Both the position numbers and the translations under genes were made by a program. Below are positions 62,022-64,000 of a stretch of DNA of 64,000 nt, piece after piece. The stretch's first letter is position 1. Every line of letters begins with the position of its first letter. Under the pieces are notes generated by a model. It saw only the letters and a list, made by a program, of their open reading frames with translations, did not search any database and was not told the DNA's origin. The stretch is from Chiloscyllium plagiosum (taxonomy: Eukaryota): positions 103,447,946 through 103,511,945 of the forward strand of contig NC_057718.1 of assembly GCF_004010195.1 (NCBI RefSeq), in the 5' to 3' direction.

Positions 62022-62440
62022 ATTCATTCAGGGATGAGGGCAGGCCATCCCTATTTGCCCAGAGGGCAATTAAGAGTCAACCACATTGCTTTGGATCTGG
62101 AGTCACATGTAGGCTTGTCTGGGTAAAGATGGCAGTTTCCTTCCCTAAAGGACATTCGTGAACCCATTGGTGGGTTCTGAGGAAGGATCACACCACACGA
62201 AAAGTTAACTCTGATTTTTCTCCACGGACACAGCCAGCTCAGCTGAGCTTTTCCAGCAATTTCAGTTTTTGTTGGTGAACCGACAATCAATCAACAATGG
62301 ATCAATTCTGGATGCTTAATGAATCCAAATTCAAATTCCACCATCTGCTGTGCTGGGCTTAGAACCCACATCGCCTGGACACTACCTGGGTCTCTTGATT
62401 AATATTCTAGCGACAATACCACTAGGCTATCATTACCCAC
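62022..62440 (-). mobile_element. SINE family S2 with a PLE-D fragment inserted at ~62175-62272
   Basis: SINE body resumes after the insert. Confidence 0.7.
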
Positions 62441-62599
62441 CTCCCACCCCCTGAAGATGCTGTGATAAATAACCCAAAATAGGAAACCTAAAATCTTAGC
62501 CAAGTAATTAAAGCAATCATCATCAAATGAGCATGGAATTTATTCAATTCAGGTAGTGGCCATTGACTGGCTTATTATTTCAAAGAGAATGTAAAATAA

Positions 62600-63420
62600 A
62601 AGTGGGGAGGTTTTGGTAAAACTATACAAGGAACCAGTCAGACCACAGTTGGAATACTATAAACATTACTGGGCACCTTATATAACAAAAGATACATTGG
62701 CGTTGGAGGCAGTCCAGAGAAGGTTCACTTGGCTGACACCAGGGATGGACGGATTGTCTCATGAGGAGAGGTAAATAGGTTGGGCCTATTTGGGGAGAAG
62801 GGGAAGGAGTTGAGAGTTGCATGATGGAAGAAGGCAATGAGAGTCCCTTGGTGAAGAGGAACAGCGAGTCGATGGGGAGAGTGGGGGAATTGGAATGAGA
62901 AGCCGGATCACTCACACTCATTCATTTTCAACAAAGAAAGCTTCTTTTACCAAACTGTGATTTCACTCATGTCAAAAAGCAGCAGTGTGTTAGTATAACC
63001 AGGAATGACATTTTCTCAAACATTACAGAGTTCTGCTCATTGGAATGTAGAGGAATGAGAGACGACCGTATTGAAACATACAAGATTCTCGAGGGCTTGA
63101 AGAGTAGATGCAAAAAGGTTGTTTGCCCTGGTGGGACAGTCTAGGACCAGAGGGCATCATCTCAGAGTAAGGGGTGATACAGTGAAGACAGTGATGAGGA
63201 GGAATTTCTTCTCCCAGAGGATAGTGAATCTGTAGAATTTTTGTTGAGGCTGAGGTCATTAAGTGTGTTCAAGGCTGATACAGACAGCTTTTTGATCAGA
63301 ATCAAGAGGTATGGGGAAAAGGCAGGAAAGTGGATGATCAGATCGGCCCTGACCTCACTGATTGGCGGAGCAGCCTCAGTGGGCCCAATGGCCTACTCCA
63401 GCTCCCATATTTTATGGTGT
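62600..63420 (+). mobile_element. Decayed CR1 3' region in two pieces (62600-62790, 63030-63420)
   Basis: LYK..VRPQLEY...WAPY..KD.LALEAVQRRFT; RRNFFSQRIVNL. Confidence 0.75.
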
Positions 63421-64000
63421 AAACTTTGTGGTTGTGACACTGAACTTCTTTTTGGAACTGGACTGGCTTCAGCATGGCAAATTCAATGCAACAGTTACTG
63501 TATTTGGTATTTCTCTGTCCTGCTCTGTTCCAGCAATATCAACAGACTCCACAGAACAAAGTAAGTCAAATATCAGAGGATTAAAACATTGCAGATTTAA
63601 ACCTCAGTTTCTTTACTGTACTGAAAATAACAAGCATTGATCTATTTACAATGAGGAACATATATACAATGTGAGATTGCAAATACAGCTCTCTGTGTCA
63701 GCAAAGCTGTCGATTGCTGAGCTGGTAATGATTGTAAGGGGGAGAGATTTATGCAGCACTGACACTACCCACCATAGTGTGTATACATTAACACTGTGAC
63801 GCACAACAATAAATGAAGATACTTCAGAGTTCATGTAAAAACATTCTCTGGAGCTGACGATGGCTCAAATCTTGGTGCATCCAGAAAATTTAAGACAGAA
63901 AAATGACAAGTTTGAAACCAATCAAATGTTGTCATGAAACCTGAACTGCTACACCATTGAGTTTTTTTTAAAGTAATCTTATCTCACCCTCAGTCAAGCA

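Overview
Vertebrate genomic DNA with no recognisable host protein-coding exon, so probably intronic or intergenic. The repeat content (HE1-type V-SINEs, CR1/HER1 LINEs, Deu-domain SINEs, Penelope-like elements) points to an elasmobranch (shark); this is inferred from recalled consensus sequences, not from a search. Much of the window is decayed retroelement DNA: CR1, L2, Rex1/Babar-like, a Crack/Daphne-like LINE, several tRNA-derived SINEs, two solo LTRs and one MITE-like palindrome. ORF-track hits with recognisable similarity are retroelement fragments; the rest look like chance or gap-spanning ORFs. The most structured signal is four Penelope-like element (PLE) terminal-repeat families, labelled A-D here. 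Three of them show minimal type I hammerhead ribozyme motifs in this window. Many copies are tiny fold-back insertions with 8-18 bp target-site duplications (TSDs). At 45.96-48.79 kb there is a four-level nested insertion in which a PLE appears to carry about 670 bp of non-PLE cargo. Repeat-free blocks carry enhancer-like motifs (a perfect DR5 element, Pbx-Hox plus Meis sites, a CTCF-like site), compatible with the regulatory landscape of a developmental gene. One 910-N gap lies inside a PLE palindrome. Boundaries of decayed repeats are approximate (about +/-20-50 bp); TSD, hairpin and motif coordinates were counted by hand.
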